In this document: positions 25,209-35,883 of the stretch, one piece after another
Position numbering within the stretch: position 1 is the stretch's first letter
Layout of the letters: each line of letters opens with the position of its first letter
DNA from: Gammaproteobacteria bacterium
Lineage (GTDB): Bacteria; Pseudomonadota; Gammaproteobacteria; Magnimaribacterales; D2472
Direction: 5' to 3'
Assembly (NCBI GenBank): GCA_038108875.1
Contig: JAYNII010000002.1
Coordinates: 33,388-97,387 of the forward strand
DNA: 64,000 nucleotides
Notes under the pieces: model-generated
What the model saw: only the letters and a program-made list of their open reading frames with translations
Told to the model about the DNA's origin: nothing
Databases searched by the model: none
Position numbers and translations under genes: made by a program

Positions 25209-26311
25209 ATGTTGCTCACTGGAATATGTTCTCTTTTCATTGAAATTTTGTTCCTTATTTGTTCTTCAAATTCAGCAACCATTTCGTCATTAGAAACTTT
25301 TTTAAACGGCTTACCATCTACGTACATTAGATTTAATGGGTTAGCTCCTGTTATTCCTACGCTCACAGCTTTTGACTCTCCTGGACCATTTACATAACAA
25401 CCAATTATAGCTACCTCAATATCCTCTGATATATCCTCAAGCCTCGACTCTAGTTCATTGACCACACCAACTACATCAAAGTTTTGTCGAGAACAGCTTG
25501 GGCAAGCAATAATTTTGACACCCCTGCTTCTAAGACCGAGGCTTTTGAGTATATCCCAACCTGCTTTAACTTCATAAATAGGATCAGCGGCGAGTGATAC
25601 CCTGATAGTATCTCCTATCCCCTCAGCAAGAAGCATGCCGATACCTATAGAGGATTTTACAGAGCCAGCCCTAAGAGTGCCTGATTCAGTAATCCCTAAA
25701 TGCAAAGGTTGCTCAATTTTTTGAGCAATCTTTCTGTAGCTTTCAACTGTCATTGGAATATTGGATGCCTTTAAACTTAGCTTAAAATTATCGAAGTTAT
25801 TTGCATACAGAATGTCTACATGCCGCATGGCAGATTCAACCAAAGCATCAGAATTAGGTTCTCCATATTTTCTTTGCAATTCTTTTTCAAGAGAGCCAGC
25901 ATTCACTCCAACTCTAATTGGTACATTATTATCTTTTGCTGCTTTAATTACTTCTCTTACTTTCTCATCCTTTCCAATATTTCCAGGATTAATTCTCAGA
26001 CAATCGGCGCTATCAGCAACTAATAAAGCTATCTTATAATCAAAATGAATGTCTGCGACCAAAGGAACCTTTACTTCTTTTTTAATCTTCTTGAACGCAA
26101 TTGCAGAAGCTTTATCTGGAACAGAAACTCTTACTATGTCTGCTCCAGCATTATGCAATTCATTAATTTGTTGCACAGTCGCTGTAATGTCTTCAGTATT
26201 AGTATTGGTCATAGATTGAACTGAAATAGGATAGTTTCCACCCACTGAGACACTACCTACTCTGATCTCTTTTGAACTTCGTCTTGGTGCTAAAATATTA
26301 TCAATCATCAA
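25205..26311 (-). CDS. ispG: 4-hydroxy-3-methylbut-2-enyl diphosphate synthase
   Basis: 368 aa. GcpE sequence ([25 protein letters not shown]). Confidence 0.93.
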   Translation of the reverse strand: MMIDNILAPRRSSKEIRVGSVSVGGNYPISVQSMTNTNTEDITATVQQINELHNAGADIVRVSVPDKASAIAFKKIKKEVKVPLVADIHFDYKIALLVADSADCLRINPGNIGKDEKVREVIKAAKDNNVPIRVGVNAGSLEKELQRKYGEPNSDALVESAMRHVDILYANNFDNFKLSLKASNIPMTVESYRKIAQKIEQPLHLGITESGTLRAGSVKSSIGIGMLLAEGIGDTIRVSLAADPIYEVKAGWDILKSLGLRSRGVKIIACPSCSRQNFDVVGVVNELESRLEDISEDIEVAIIGCYVNGPGESKAVSVGITGANPLNLMYVDGKPFKKVSNDEMVAEFEEQIRNKISMKREHIPVSNI

Positions 26312-27113
26312 AAGTAACTACACTAACGTTTTTAGAGTTAGCAATGCTGGTTAAATCTATTTTATCACCCTCGTAATATAATTCTGTATTTTTCGAATTT
26401 CCTATAACCATCCAAAATGGCTTATCTATAATCATTTCAAAGGTTTTACCACTTTTGAATAGCTCATAAATAAGAGGCTCATCTGCTTTATATATCTCTA
26501 TCCAAGAATCTCCTGTGAACTTAATCTCTAAGGTTGACGATTTTGATTCTAGTAACAAAGTGTCTTCTGCGATTTCTCCGGATATTTCTGTCGGGTAAAT
26601 TGGAATATAGATTTGTGATGGTTCTTCTTTATCAATCTTAACCTCTAATGTAGAAAATTCCTCTTCAAGAATATCTAATCCTGACTTAGTTGCTTGCTGA
26701 GAAGAATCAAGATCATTATAGCTATCATTTGACATACTGCTTATATTGGAAAAAAGTGGAGAGAAAACCAAAAATAACAATAACAAAATAAAAAACAATC
26801 CCAGTGATGCCCAAAGTGAAAATGTAATCTGGTTAGGGCCTTTCTGCTTAACAAAAGTTTCTTCATTATTTTTTTTCTCAGAGGCGCCTTTAGTTTGGCT
26901 AGGGAATTCTATAATCAATCCCAAGTAGTCTGCATATTTCTTGAAATATGCCTTTGCAAAAGCGATAGCTGGAAACACAGAAAAATCTCCATCCTCTATG
27001 GCCTGAAGGTAAGCTGAATTAATAAGTGTATTATCTGAAATCTCTTGGATAGATAGCTTTCTAAGTACTCTTTGGTCTCTAAATTTTTGACCAATACCTT
27101 GGAAATTACTCAT
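26301..27113 (-). CDS. rodZ: Cytoskeleton protein RodZ-like (HTH, TM and C-terminal domain)
   Basis: 270 aa. N-terminal XRE-type HTH, a single TM ([18 protein letters not shown]) and a C-terminal beta domain. Position between rlmN and ispG is conserved. Confidence 0.65.
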   Translation of the reverse strand: MSNFQGIGQKFRDQRVLRKLSIQEISDNTLINSAYLQAIEDGDFSVFPAIAFAKAYFKKYADYLGLIIEFPSQTKGASEKKNNEETFVKQKGPNQITFSLWASLGLFFILLLLFLVFSPLFSNISSMSNDSYNDLDSSQQATKSGLDILEEEFSTLEVKIDKEEPSQIYIPIYPTEISGEIAEDTLLLESKSSTLEIKFTGDSWIEIYKADEPLIYELFKSGKTFEMIIDKPFWMVIGNSKNTELYYEGDKIDLTSIANSKNVSVVTFDD

Positions 27114-27117
27114 GATT

Positions 27118-28206
27118 TTATATTTCTAGGGCTTTAATCTTATTGTGTTTACCTTTTATCGCATTAAGTAAATGCCCAGAAAGTTGACCGCACGCTCCAT
27201 CAACTTCATCTCCACGAGTAGTTCTTATGGTTGTGATATATTTTTTAGACATTAAAAAATCCTTGAAACTTTCTATGACCGCTCTTTGAGATCTTTTATG
27301 AGGATTTCCTTCAAATGGGTTAAAGGGAATTAGGTTTATTTTACAATTCAACTTAGATAAGAGTTTTGCTAATTCCCTAGCATGTTCTAAAGAATCATTT
27401 ACTCCGTCAATCATAACGTATTCAACGGTAATAGAGGATTTACTTGATTTCTTTTTTAAATAGTTTTGAAGTGCAGGAATAAGTTCCTCCAGAGGATACT
27501 TTTTGTTTATAGGGACTAATTCGTCACGCAATGCATTGTTAGGGGCATGCAATGAAATAGCGAGAGATACATCAGTCAAATTTGCCAACTTGTTTATCTC
27601 AGGGACAATTCCTGAAGTGCTGAGAGTTACTCTGCGCTTTGATAATCCATAGGCCTGTTGATCTAAGAAAACAGAAATGGATTTGGTTACATTAACTGTA
27701 TTTTGCAATGGCTCGCCCATGCCCATAAAAACAATATTTGTGATTGGGGGAAGAGATCTGTTATAAAAATTGGCAAGCCACAATTGCCCGATGATCTCAT
27801 CTGTGCTCAGACTCCTCTCTAATCCTTGGGCACCTGTTGCACAAAAACTGCATTGCAAAGCACAACCTGCCTGAGTCGAAATACAGAGTGTTGTTCTCTT
27901 TGCTTCGGGTATTCTTACCATTTCAACAAAAGACCCAGATTCTAATTTAATAAGATATTTCATTGTTCCGTCAGGAGAGGAGACAATTTCTTCAACAGCT
28001 GGTGGTTTAAGGATTGCTTTATCTTTTAGCTGTTCTCGAAGTAACTCGCTAAAATTGGTCATCAAATCAAAATCCAAGCATCCCTTTTGATGAATCCAAG
28101 TAAAAAGTTGATTAGCTCTGAAAGACTTTTCGCCCAAATTCACAAAAAAGCTTTCAATCTCCTCTTTGGTGTAGCCTAGAAGATTTATTTTTAGATTATC
28201 ACTCAA
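27118..28206 (-). CDS. rlmN: 23S rRNA/tRNA A2503/A37 C2-methyltransferase RlmN (radical SAM)
   Basis: 362 aa. Radical SAM motif [17 protein letters not shown], and a C-terminal DGACGQL. Confidence 0.92.
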   Translation of the reverse strand: MSDNLKINLLGYTKEEIESFFVNLGEKSFRANQLFTWIHQKGCLDFDLMTNFSELLREQLKDKAILKPPAVEEIVSSPDGTMKYLIKLESGSFVEMVRIPEAKRTTLCISTQAGCALQCSFCATGAQGLERSLSTDEIIGQLWLANFYNRSLPPITNIVFMGMGEPLQNTVNVTKSISVFLDQQAYGLSKRRVTLSTSGIVPEINKLANLTDVSLAISLHAPNNALRDELVPINKKYPLEELIPALQNYLKKKSSKSSITVEYVMIDGVNDSLEHARELAKLLSKLNCKINLIPFNPFEGNPHKRSQRAVIESFKDFLMSKKYITTIRTTRGDEVDGACGQLSGHLLNAIKGKHNKIKALEI

Positions 28207-28622
28207 GAACAGATTTCTTCAGACTTAAAAAAGTAAGCAATCTCTCTCTCAGCGCTTTGAAGAGAATCTGAACCATGCACTGCATTAGCATCAATAGATT
28301 CTGCAAAATCTGCTCTTATGGTTCCTGGATCTGCTTCTTTTGGATTCGTCGCGCCCATCAATCTTCGATTGAGAGCAACAGCATCATGTCCTTCTAATAC
28401 TTGAACTAAAACTGGAGCCGAGGTCATATAATCAATTAAGTTATCAAAAAAAGGTTTGCCTTTATGTTCTGCATAGAAACCTCCTGCCTGTTCTTTGGAG
28501 AGTTTTATCATTTTTGCAGCAACAATTCTTAGTCCGCTTTTTTCAAACCTTGAGATAATTTCTCCTATTAAATTGCGAGAAGTTGCATCAGGTTTAATTA
28601 TTGAAAGTGTTTTTTCTATCAT
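28203..28622 (-). CDS. ndk: Nucleoside diphosphate kinase
   Basis: 139 aa. Motifs TLSIIKPDA and NAVHGSDS (active-site His). Confidence 0.95.
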   Translation of the reverse strand: MIEKTLSIIKPDATSRNLIGEIISRFEKSGLRIVAAKMIKLSKEQAGGFYAEHKGKPFFDNLIDYMTSAPVLVQVLEGHDAVALNRRLMGATNPKEADPGTIRADFAESIDANAVHGSDSLQSAEREIAYFFKSEEICS

Positions 28623-28659
28623 GCTAGGCCTTCTTTAAAATCGCGATATTATAGTTAAC

Positions 28660-28854
28660 TTATTCAGTTTCTTCTATCCATGCCATTTGAATAGCTTCTA
28701 ATATTTTTTCATTAGATTTCTTAGGATCATCATGAAATCCATTCAAGTTTACTACTTTTGCATGCAAGTCAGGAAAGCTAATCCATTGAGGATCAATGTC
28801 AGGGTATTGCTCTGCTAATTCAACTGCAATATTGAAAATATCAGTCCAACCCAT
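28660..28854 (-). CDS. iscX: Fe-S assembly protein IscX
   Basis: 64-aa acidic protein (MGWTDIFNIAVELAEQYPDIDP...) directly downstream of fdx. Confidence 0.8.
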   Translation of the reverse strand: MGWTDIFNIAVELAEQYPDIDPQWISFPDLHAKVVNLNGFHDDPKKSNEKILEAIQMAWIEETE

Positions 28855-29192
28855 CAGTGATTTTCCGAAACTTGATTAATTGTGTATTTAGGCAGTTCAA
28901 CTACCAAATCTTGGCCGTTAGGAAAGGTTTGGCAGCTTAATCTTGAAGTCGCCTCCAAGCCCCAAGCTTTATCCAAGAGGTCCTCTTCATCATCGGTGCT
29001 TTCATTTAAGCTATTGAATCCTTCTCTTACAATAATGTGACACGTAGTGCATGCACAAGACATCTCGCAAGCATGTTCAATCTTAAGCCCATTCTTTAAT
29101 GCAGCTTCACAAATCGACTCCTCATTCGAGATCTCAAATTCTGCGCCATTAGGGCAGATTATTTCATGAGGCAAAAACCTAACCTTTGACAT
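28854..29192 (-). CDS. fdx: ISC-type [2Fe-2S] ferredoxin
   Basis: Adrenodoxin-type Cys pattern (CEMSCACTTCH ... C near the C-terminus). I prefer the ATG at 29190-29192 (MSKVRFLPHE). The longer ORF-track start would overlap iscA. Confidence 0.88.
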   Translation of the reverse strand: MSKVRFLPHEIICPNGAEFEISNEESICEAALKNGLKIEHACEMSCACTTCHIIVREGFNSLNESTDDEEDLLDKAWGLEATSRLSCQTFPNGQDLVVELPKYTINQVSENH

Positions 29193-29193
29193 T

Positions 29194-29553
29194 TTAGATA
29201 GTAAAACTTTCTCCACAACCACATACTGCTTTTGCATTTGGATTATTGAAACGAATTCCTTGATTTATACCATCATCTATATAATCTATCTCAGAACCTT
29301 TAATAAACTCGATACTGTTTTTATCAATAACTAATTTTTTATCAGAAAAAATAAGTACATAGTCATCGTCTCTAAAGTCATTGGAAAGCTCGAAATAATA
29401 CTCATAACCTGAGCAACCAGCCTTTCTTATTCCAATTCTTATTGCAGTAGTATGCGTTGAAGACTTGAGACTCCTTAAAAAATGATCCTCTGCAGCCTTA
29501 GTAAGCGATACACCATTAGGTGAAAAAATGAGAGGCTTATTGCTTTGATTCAT
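29194..29553 (-). CDS. iscA: Fe-S cluster assembly A-type carrier IscA
   Basis: 119 aa. HesB/IscA motifs AGCSGYEY and a C-terminal CGCGESF. Confidence 0.88.
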   Translation of the reverse strand: MNQSNKPLIFSPNGVSLTKAAEDHFLRSLKSSTHTTAIRIGIRKAGCSGYEYYFELSNDFRDDDYVLIFSDKKLVIDKNSIEFIKGSEIDYIDDGINQGIRFNNPNAKAVCGCGESFTI

Positions 29554-29941
29554 AGTCCTCTATCGCTTTTTTTATTGAATCTTCTGCTAAAACGGAGCAA
29601 TGAATCTTTATGGAAGGTAATTCAAGAGCAGCTGCAATATCTTTATTCTTGATCTCCTTTGCCTCCTCAAGGGTTTTTCCTATAAGCATCTCTACAAGTT
29701 CGCTCGATGAGGCAATTGCTGATCCACAACCGTAGGTTTTGAATTTTACATCCTTAATAACATGAGTGTTTCCTTTGGGCTCACACTTGATTTGAAGCTT
29801 CATAACATCACCACATGCAGGAGCGCCCACCATCCCCGTGCCAACATTTAGTTCTTTGGGGTCAAATCTTCCAACATTAAATTTTTCTGGTTCTTTGATC
29901 GTATTTTCAAATTTATCCACAACTTTCTTACTGTATGCCAT
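29537..29941 (-). CDS. iscU: Fe-S cluster scaffold IscU
   Basis: 134 aa. Motifs GAPACGDVMKLQI, TYGCGSAIASS and LPSIKIHCSVLAED. Confidence 0.95.
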   Translation of the reverse strand: MAYSKKVVDKFENTIKEPEKFNVGRFDPKELNVGTGMVGAPACGDVMKLQIKCEPKGNTHVIKDVKFKTYGCGSAIASSSELVEMLIGKTLEEAKEIKNKDIAAALELPSIKIHCSVLAEDSIKKAIEDYESKQ

Positions 29942-29953
29942 TTCTTTCTCCGT

Positions 29954-31177
29954 TTAAGTGGCTTGCCATTCAACGCTATCAAGATCTACTCCATCTAAGT
30001 ACATTTCCCATAAAGGAGATAGCTCTCTTAGTCTTGAAACTGCTTGATCTAAAATTGAAACCGTATAGTCCACTTCCTCTTCAGTAGTAAATCTGCCGAT
30101 TGAAAATCTAATAGAACTATGTGCTAACTCATCTTTGCGACCAAGTGCGCGAAGGACATATGAGGGCTCTAGAGAGGCTGAAGTGCAAGCAGATCCAGAT
30201 GATACAGCAATATCTTTCAGAGCCATCATAAGAGACTCGCCTTCAATATATGCAAAACTTACATTTAGTATATTAGGTACTTTATGCTTAAGATCTCCAT
30301 TAAAGTAGACCTCTTCTATGCGCTGAATTCCGTTAAGCAATTTTTGGTGAAGTTTTGCTATCCTTAAGTTATCCGATTCCATCTCTAATTTTGCTAATCT
30401 AAAAGCTTCGCCCATTCCAACAATTTGGTGAGTTGGGAGAGTTCCTGACCTCATACCTCTCTCATGACCGCCTCCATGAATTTGAGCCTCCAATCGGACT
30501 CTTGGTTTACGTGAAACAAACAAAGCACCCACTCCTTTAGGTCCATAGGTTTTGTGGGCTGAAAAAGACATCAAATCTACTTCAAGTTGTTTTAAATCAA
30601 TTGCAACTTTTCCAGTGCTTTGGGCTGCATCAACATGGAAAAATATATCTTTTGATCTGGCTAATGAGCCGATACCTTTAATGTCGTTCAAGGTTCCTAG
30701 CTCGTTATTTATATGCATGATTGAAATTAGGATGGTATCTTCTTGGATAGCCTCTGCAACTTGATCAGAGGTAATAATTCCAAACTCATTGGGATCAAGA
30801 TAGGTAACTGAAAATCCCTCTCTTTCAAGTTGCCTACAAGGATCAAGAACTGCTTTATGCTCAATCTTAGAGGTGATGATGTGCCTGCCTTTACTTTTAT
30901 AAAAATGAGCAACTCCTTTTATTGCTAAATTGTCAGACTCCGTAGCTCCAGATGTAAAGACAATTTCTCTTGGATCACAATTTACGAGGTTAGCTATATG
31001 AGCTCTTGCTTCTTCAATTGCTTCTTCTGCTGTCCAGCCATAAGCGTGAGATCTTGAGGCAGGATTTCCAAAATTACCCTCCAAAGTTAAGTGCTCAAAA
31101 ATCTTTTGAGCCACTCGTTTATCAGCAGGAGTAGTTGATGCATAATCAAGGTAAATTGGTAGATGAAGTTTTGTCAT
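29954..31177 (-). CDS. iscS: Cysteine desulfurase IscS
   Basis: 407 aa. PLP-lysine region [12 protein letters not shown] and active-site loop SSGSACTS. Confidence 0.95.
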   Translation of the reverse strand: MTKLHLPIYLDYASTTPADKRVAQKIFEHLTLEGNFGNPASRSHAYGWTAEEAIEEARAHIANLVNCDPREIVFTSGATESDNLAIKGVAHFYKSKGRHIITSKIEHKAVLDPCRQLEREGFSVTYLDPNEFGIITSDQVAEAIQEDTILISIMHINNELGTLNDIKGIGSLARSKDIFFHVDAAQSTGKVAIDLKQLEVDLMSFSAHKTYGPKGVGALFVSRKPRVRLEAQIHGGGHERGMRSGTLPTHQIVGMGEAFRLAKLEMESDNLRIAKLHQKLLNGIQRIEEVYFNGDLKHKVPNILNVSFAYIEGESLMMALKDIAVSSGSACTSASLEPSYVLRALGRKDELAHSSIRFSIGRFTTEEEVDYTVSILDQAVSRLRELSPLWEMYLDGVDLDSVEWQAT

Positions 31178-31611
31178 GATATTTTTAATAAATTTATTTG
31201 TTTTGTGGTTTTCGATTCAAACAAATCAGTAATAAAGGTATCTTCTAAAAAAGTATCTACCGTTTTATTCAGATTATCCCAAAAATTATGGGAGACGCAT
31301 CTCTTACCTTGAAAGCAATTGGAGGCTCCCGAACAACCAGTGGCATCTAAATTTTCTTCTACTGCCTCCATCACCATCTTGATGCTTATTTGACTTGGAC
31401 AATTCGCGAACTCATATCCACCGTATCTTCCTCTTGTACTTTTCAAAATTCCTGCCATTCGAAGTTTTCTGAACAACTGTTCTAAGTACCTTTGTTCAAT
31501 TCCCTGATTATGTGCTATATCTGACAGAGCATAAGAACCTCCCTTGTCCCTTAGAAGAGCAAGTTCAGCTAGAGCATTAATAGCGTATCTACTTTTAGTG
31601 GTGAAATTCAC
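31174..31611 (-). CDS. iscR: Rrf2-family Fe-S regulator IscR
   Basis: 145 aa. N-terminal wHTH ([13 protein letters not shown]) and Cys-x5-Cys-x5-Cys cluster ligands ([13 protein letters not shown]). GTG start at 31609-31611. Confidence 0.85.
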   Translation of the reverse strand: MNFTTKSRYAINALAELALLRDKGGSYALSDIAHNQGIEQRYLEQLFRKLRMAGILKSTRGRYGGYEFANCPSQISIKMVMEAVEENLDATGCSGASNCFQGKRCVSHNFWDNLNKTVDTFLEDTFITDLFESKTTKQINLLKIS

Positions 31612-31613
31612 AT

Positions 31614-31630
31614 AGGTATTATCAATACCT
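31614..31630. promoter_or_regulatory. Perfect 7-3-7 inverted repeat AGGTATT-atc-AATACCT in the 26-nt purC-iscR gap
   Basis: Read directly from the sequence. The arms at 31614-31620 and 31624-31630 are exact reverse complements, ending 2 nt upstream of the iscR GTG. Role unknown: operator, or hairpin in the purC 3' end or iscR leader. Confidence 0.3.
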
Positions 31631-31637
31631 GAGTAAA

Positions 31638-32357
31638 TTAGTCAAGATTAATTTCTATTCCTAATCGATTTGCAACCTGTTGGTAAGATTCAATAACATC
31701 GCCAAGATCTTGTCTAAACCTATCTTTATCAAGTTTTTCTAGAGTATCTTTATCCCAAAGTCTACAGCCATCTGGAGTAAATTCATCTCCCAATAAAATT
31801 TTATTTTGAAATTTCCCAAATTCTATTTTGTAATCGACAAGAATTAAATTAGCTTTATCAAATACTCCTCTTAAGACTTCATTTACCCTATAAGTCAGAT
31901 TTTTCATCTCATCTATTTCATCTTGGGTTGCCCATTTAAAGCTTAGAATATGATTTTCATTTATTAAAGGATCGCCAAGAGCATCATCTTTAAGGAAGAA
32001 CTCAAAAAGAGGAGGATCCAGTACTAAACCATCCTTAACCCCAAGCCTTCTGCATAATGAACCAGTTGCTCTATTCCTTACTACGCACTCGATTGGAAAC
32101 ATCTCAAGCCTCTTCACTAAAGACTCATGGTTTGAGATTGTATCTATAAAATGGGTTTGGATTCCCTCGTTTGCAAGTAATTTCAAAATAAAGGCATTAA
32201 ATTGATTATTCACTTTGCCTTTGTTGTTTAGTGCTGATATTTTTTTTCCATCAAATGCAGAAGCATCATCTCTAAACTCCATAAGCAAGGTATCATCTAA
32301 ATCGGTTTCATACATCGATTTTGCTTTACCTTTTGCTAGGAGTTTTAGTTTTTTCAT
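31638..32357 (-). CDS. purC: SAICAR synthetase
   Basis: 239 aa. GKAKSMY N-terminal motif, [11 protein letters not shown] and a DKDRFR motif. Confidence 0.93.
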   Translation of the reverse strand: MKKLKLLAKGKAKSMYETDLDDTLLMEFRDDASAFDGKKISALNNKGKVNNQFNAFILKLLANEGIQTHFIDTISNHESLVKRLEMFPIECVVRNRATGSLCRRLGVKDGLVLDPPLFEFFLKDDALGDPLINENHILSFKWATQDEIDEMKNLTYRVNEVLRGVFDKANLILVDYKIEFGKFQNKILLGDEFTPDGCRLWDKDTLEKLDKDRFRQDLGDVIESYQQVANRLGIEINLD

Positions 32358-32360
32358 TTT

Positions 32361-33353
32361 TTAGGTAAGAAGTTTGTTTATTTCGGATAAAAGCTCCTCA
32401 GCCCCTGCTAAATCACCCTTTAGTGACTCAACAAATACTCTAGTTTTACCAGCTTCCTCCTTTACTACGACTCTGAATTCGGGATCTTGAGATAGATCTA
32501 AAGTTCTTTCTTCTTCATTATCAAAATTTAAAAATCTAAACCAGCCCCTCCGATCTTCATCTGTAGCAAAGGACACTAAGAAAAACCCTTGATCCCTATT
32601 CCTATCATTTACAGAAACTTTAGCATCTTCAATTGCTCTTGATACAGCTGACCAAGATCTTTCAAAATTTAAAGACAACTCAATAATTGTTTGCTCATTT
32701 ATAGTTAAAATTTTTGATTTTTTCTTTTCATTTAAGTTTTGTGCAGCCAATGAAGTTCCAGAAAAAGTTGAAACTGAATCTGCAAAGTACTGCAACAAAC
32801 TTTGTAATTCATTTTGTTGAAACTGAAGATAGGTATCATCTAAGAGTTGGTTATTTTCGAGATCTGTAAACATCAGAGAAACCTCAGTTGATGCTTCCTT
32901 AATTCCATGCTCAACGGATGCTATCAATTGAACCCCTTCCTTGTAAGTCATAACAATTCTTCCAGAGCTAGGATCAGCGCTTAAAACTTCATATGCGGAT
33001 GTCTCAAAATAAGATTTAGCAATAGGCCATGAGGTAGATGGCAAGGTTTCAACATAAACCCAAAGTGTATCTCCAAGTTTGCGCAATTGAACTTGTTTTG
33101 TTTGCCCAGAAGAGAAAATTTGACGGGGTTTTGGAACTCCAATCTCAGCAATATCTGGATCTTTGTCAAAATAAGGATAGTGGTTATCAGTTATGAGTTG
33201 TAAATCTCCTCCAGAAGATGGGATGACTATATCTGCTGCCACCTCCTCTTCAAAAAAATCATCAGCGGTTTCAGGGAATAATCCGTTCGGACCTGAAATA
33301 TAGGAGCAACTAGATAATAAAATAAGAAGGGTTAAAAACTTAACGGTATTCAT
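32361..33353 (-). CDS. bamC: Outer membrane protein assembly factor BamC (NlpB)-like lipoprotein
   Basis: 330 aa. Lipobox LLILLSSCS. The dapA-bamC-purC order is conserved. The sequence itself is weakly diagnostic. Confidence 0.6.
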   Translation of the reverse strand: MNTVKFLTLLILLSSCSYISGPNGLFPETADDFFEEEVAADIVIPSSGGDLQLITDNHYPYFDKDPDIAEIGVPKPRQIFSSGQTKQVQLRKLGDTLWVYVETLPSTSWPIAKSYFETSAYEVLSADPSSGRIVMTYKEGVQLIASVEHGIKEASTEVSLMFTDLENNQLLDDTYLQFQQNELQSLLQYFADSVSTFSGTSLAAQNLNEKKKSKILTINEQTIIELSLNFERSWSAVSRAIEDAKVSVNDRNRDQGFFLVSFATDEDRRGWFRFLNFDNEEERTLDLSQDPEFRVVVKEEAGKTRVFVESLKGDLAGAEELLSEINKLLT

Positions 33354-34242
33354 TAATAAGAGATAGGGTTTTCAATACAGATTCTACTTCATTATGATAC
33401 ATAGGATCTAGCTCTATCAAAGGTAATCTTATACCGGATTTAATAAATTTCATTTTCTCTAACATCCATTTAGCAGGGATTGGATTGGATTGACAAAAGA
33501 GTAAATCATATAAAAACTCATATTTCTTATTTAATTGAGCCGCTTCTTGAAATTGATGAGCTAAAGCTAGCGAAGCTATTTTAGAACATGCTCCCGGTAT
33601 TATATTAGCGGCAACTGATATGACCCCATTGAAACCCTCCTCCATTGCAGAACAAAATGTGTGATCATCGCCAGACAGTAAGACAAAATCTGGATTAATT
33701 TTATTCCTTAAGGATACAAGCTCCTTTATTCGTGATGAATCTGCTAATGCTTCTTTGATTCCAATAATATTTGGGTGTTGAATTAACTCTGCAACTGTAG
33801 ATGGCAAGAGATCGCAAGAAGTCCTACCAGGAACATTGTAAAGAAGTATTTTTGCATCTGAGGCCTCAGCAATAGAAATAAAATGCTTCTTCATGCCATT
33901 CTGTGGAGGTTTATTGTAATAGGGGGTTACTTGCAGTGAAAACTTACAACCTAGATTTGCAGCTTCCTTGGTCAGATCAATTGCTTCTTGGGTAGAATTT
34001 GCCCCAGTGCCAGCTATTATGGGTAATTTATTTTGAGAGTATTCTAATGTTTTTTTAATGACCTCAATATGTTCGTCATTATTCAAAGTAGCTGATTCGC
34101 CAGTAGTCCCAACTGAAACTATCCCTTGAGTACCTTCTTTAATATGCCACTCAACAAGAAACTTAAGCGCATCAAAATCAACAGAGCCATCTGGATGCAT
34201 TGGAGTAACCAAAGCAACAATGCTACCTTGAATATTTTGCAT
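33340..34242 (-). CDS. dapA: 4-hydroxy-tetrahydrodipicolinate synthase
   Basis: 300 aa. GTTGES motif, YNVPGRT and an active-site Lys region (GIKEA). Confidence 0.93.
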   Translation of the reverse strand: MQNIQGSIVALVTPMHPDGSVDFDALKFLVEWHIKEGTQGIVSVGTTGESATLNNDEHIEVIKKTLEYSQNKLPIIAGTGANSTQEAIDLTKEAANLGCKFSLQVTPYYNKPPQNGMKKHFISIAEASDAKILLYNVPGRTSCDLLPSTVAELIQHPNIIGIKEALADSSRIKELVSLRNKINPDFVLLSGDDHTFCSAMEEGFNGVISVAANIIPGACSKIASLALAHQFQEAAQLNKKYEFLYDLLFCQSNPIPAKWMLEKMKFIKSGIRLPLIELDPMYHNEVESVLKTLSLINEYR

Positions 34243-34295
34243 TACTGTTTAACATAAATAAGATTAAAACTATACACCTAATTAAGGAAATTAAA

Positions 34296-34766
34296 ATGAG
34301 TAAAGATTTGACAGGAAAAAAGTGTCCAGCTTTTTCTGGAAAAGCTACATCAAATAAAACAATTTCCAATAAAGATTTTAAGGGGAAAAATTTAGTCATC
34401 TACTTTTATCCAAAAGACAGCACACCAGGATGCACCTTAGAGGGACAAGATTTTAGGGATAATTATAAATCCTTTGCCAAAGCTAATACTGAAATTCTTG
34501 GTGTTTCTAGAGATTCAATTAAATCTCATGAAAACTTTAAAGAAAAACAATCTTTTCCATTTGAGCTTATCTCAGATACAGGTGAAAAAGTTTGCGATGC
34601 ATTTGATGTGATGACCCTAAAATCGATGTATGGACGTCAATATATGGGCGTAGATCGAAGCACTTTCTTGATTGATAAAAATGGCAAAATTGTAAAAATA
34701 TGGAGGGGGGTTAAAGTCAAAGGCCATGTGGAAGAAGTGCTCGCTGAGGTAAAAAAATTACCCTAA
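34296..34766 (+). CDS. bcp: Thiol peroxidase Bcp (peroxiredoxin Q family)
   Basis: 156 aa. Motif YFYPKDSTPGCTLE containing the peroxidatic Cys. Confidence 0.9.
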   Translation: MSKDLTGKKCPAFSGKATSNKTISNKDFKGKNLVIYFYPKDSTPGCTLEGQDFRDNYKSFAKANTEILGVSRDSIKSHENFKEKQSFPFELISDTGEKVCDAFDVMTLKSMYGRQYMGVDRSTFLIDKNGKIVKIWRGVKVKGHVEEVLAEVKKLP

Positions 34767-35813
34767 GCTTTCCGTGGGCCAAGCATTTATAATTGCTTTT
34801 AAGAAAGTTGCCATAGGAATAGCAAAGAAAACTCCCCAAAAACCAAACAATCCACCAAATACAAATACTGCTAGTATTATTGTTATGGGATGCATTTTTA
34901 CTGCACTTGAAAAAAGCAAGGGAACCAACCAATTCCCATCGAGGACTTGAAGAGCTAAGTAAAGTCCAAATAGCAACATAAACTCATAATTATTTCCAAA
35001 TTGCAGATATGCTACAACCGCCACAGGTATGGTAACTGCAAAAGCCCCAATATATGGAATAAGCACAGACAATCCAACTAATACAGAAAGTAGCGCTGTA
35101 TATTTCAAATTAAAAGACCAAAACAAAATTGCTGAAGCCAATCCAACGATCAGTATCTCAAATGCCTTGCCACGCACATAGTTACTAAGTTGGATATCCA
35201 TTTCTAGCCAAATTTTTTCAAGCATGTTTTTATTGTTAGGCAGTATTGAAAGAAAACTATTAATCAACTCTTTCCTATCAAAGAGCATGAAATAGACTAA
35301 GATCGGTATCAAAACTAACATCACAGCCAATGAAAGTGTGTTTTGAATGCCCAATAAGGAGATCCTTAAAAAATTCTGAGAAACTGAAAGAAGTTGAGCG
35401 GATACATTATCTAGAAAAGATGCAATCTGATCTGAAGTAATTAAATCCGGATATTGGTTTGGTAAATCTGAAATAAATCCCCTGAGCTGGGTGAACCACT
35501 TGGGGAGTTCAATAATCAATGATTGTATTTGTTGGTAAAGGATGGGAGCAAGCCAAATTAATAAAGCCAACCCCCCAAGTATGAAAATGCTGAATGTTAG
35601 GAAAAGAGAAATTTTTTCATTTAAACCAAAATTTACAATTCTATTGTTAAGCCCAATTAAAAGATAAGCAAAAATTACGCTTACAATGAATGGAGATAAG
35701 GATGATCCGAGGACTGCCAAAATGAGCATGGCTAACAAGAGCAGCAAAGCAAAAGCCAAAGATTCCTCAGTTGGAAATATTTTTCTAAGAATACTGTTTA
35801 ATTGTTGCAACAT
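34758..35813 (-). CDS. perM: AI-2E family transporter (PerM/YhhT-like permease)
   Basis: 351-aa polytopic membrane protein, divergent from bepA as in E. coli perM-bepA. IPYIGAFAVTIP-type motif. Confidence 0.7.
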   Translation of the reverse strand: MLQQLNSILRKIFPTEESLAFALLLLLAMLILAVLGSSLSPFIVSVIFAYLLIGLNNRIVNFGLNEKISLFLTFSIFILGGLALLIWLAPILYQQIQSLIIELPKWFTQLRGFISDLPNQYPDLITSDQIASFLDNVSAQLLSVSQNFLRISLLGIQNTLSLAVMLVLIPILVYFMLFDRKELINSFLSILPNNKNMLEKIWLEMDIQLSNYVRGKAFEILIVGLASAILFWSFNLKYTALLSVLVGLSVLIPYIGAFAVTIPVAVVAYLQFGNNYEFMLLFGLYLALQVLDGNWLVPLLFSSAVKMHPITIILAVFVFGGLFGFWGVFFAIPMATFLKAIINAWPTESLG

Positions 35814-35883
35814 TTTCCTTTCTTTGCTGTCAAAGAAATTAGATTATAAGATATCTACTAGTTTCAAAACAAAAAAACTTACT

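Noticed and set aside
35686-35883. A 66-codon 5' extension of the bepA ORF overlaps perM on the opposite strand.
   Set aside because: A canonical signal peptide begins at the ATG at 35884 (MFRHLLFIFWLIF). The upstream part is antisense to the perM N-terminus. Similar over-extended starts were trimmed for sdhB (18238 to 18202), fdx (29237 to 29192), pdxB (7938 to 7899), sdhA (20000 to 19988) and sdhD (20353 to 20341).
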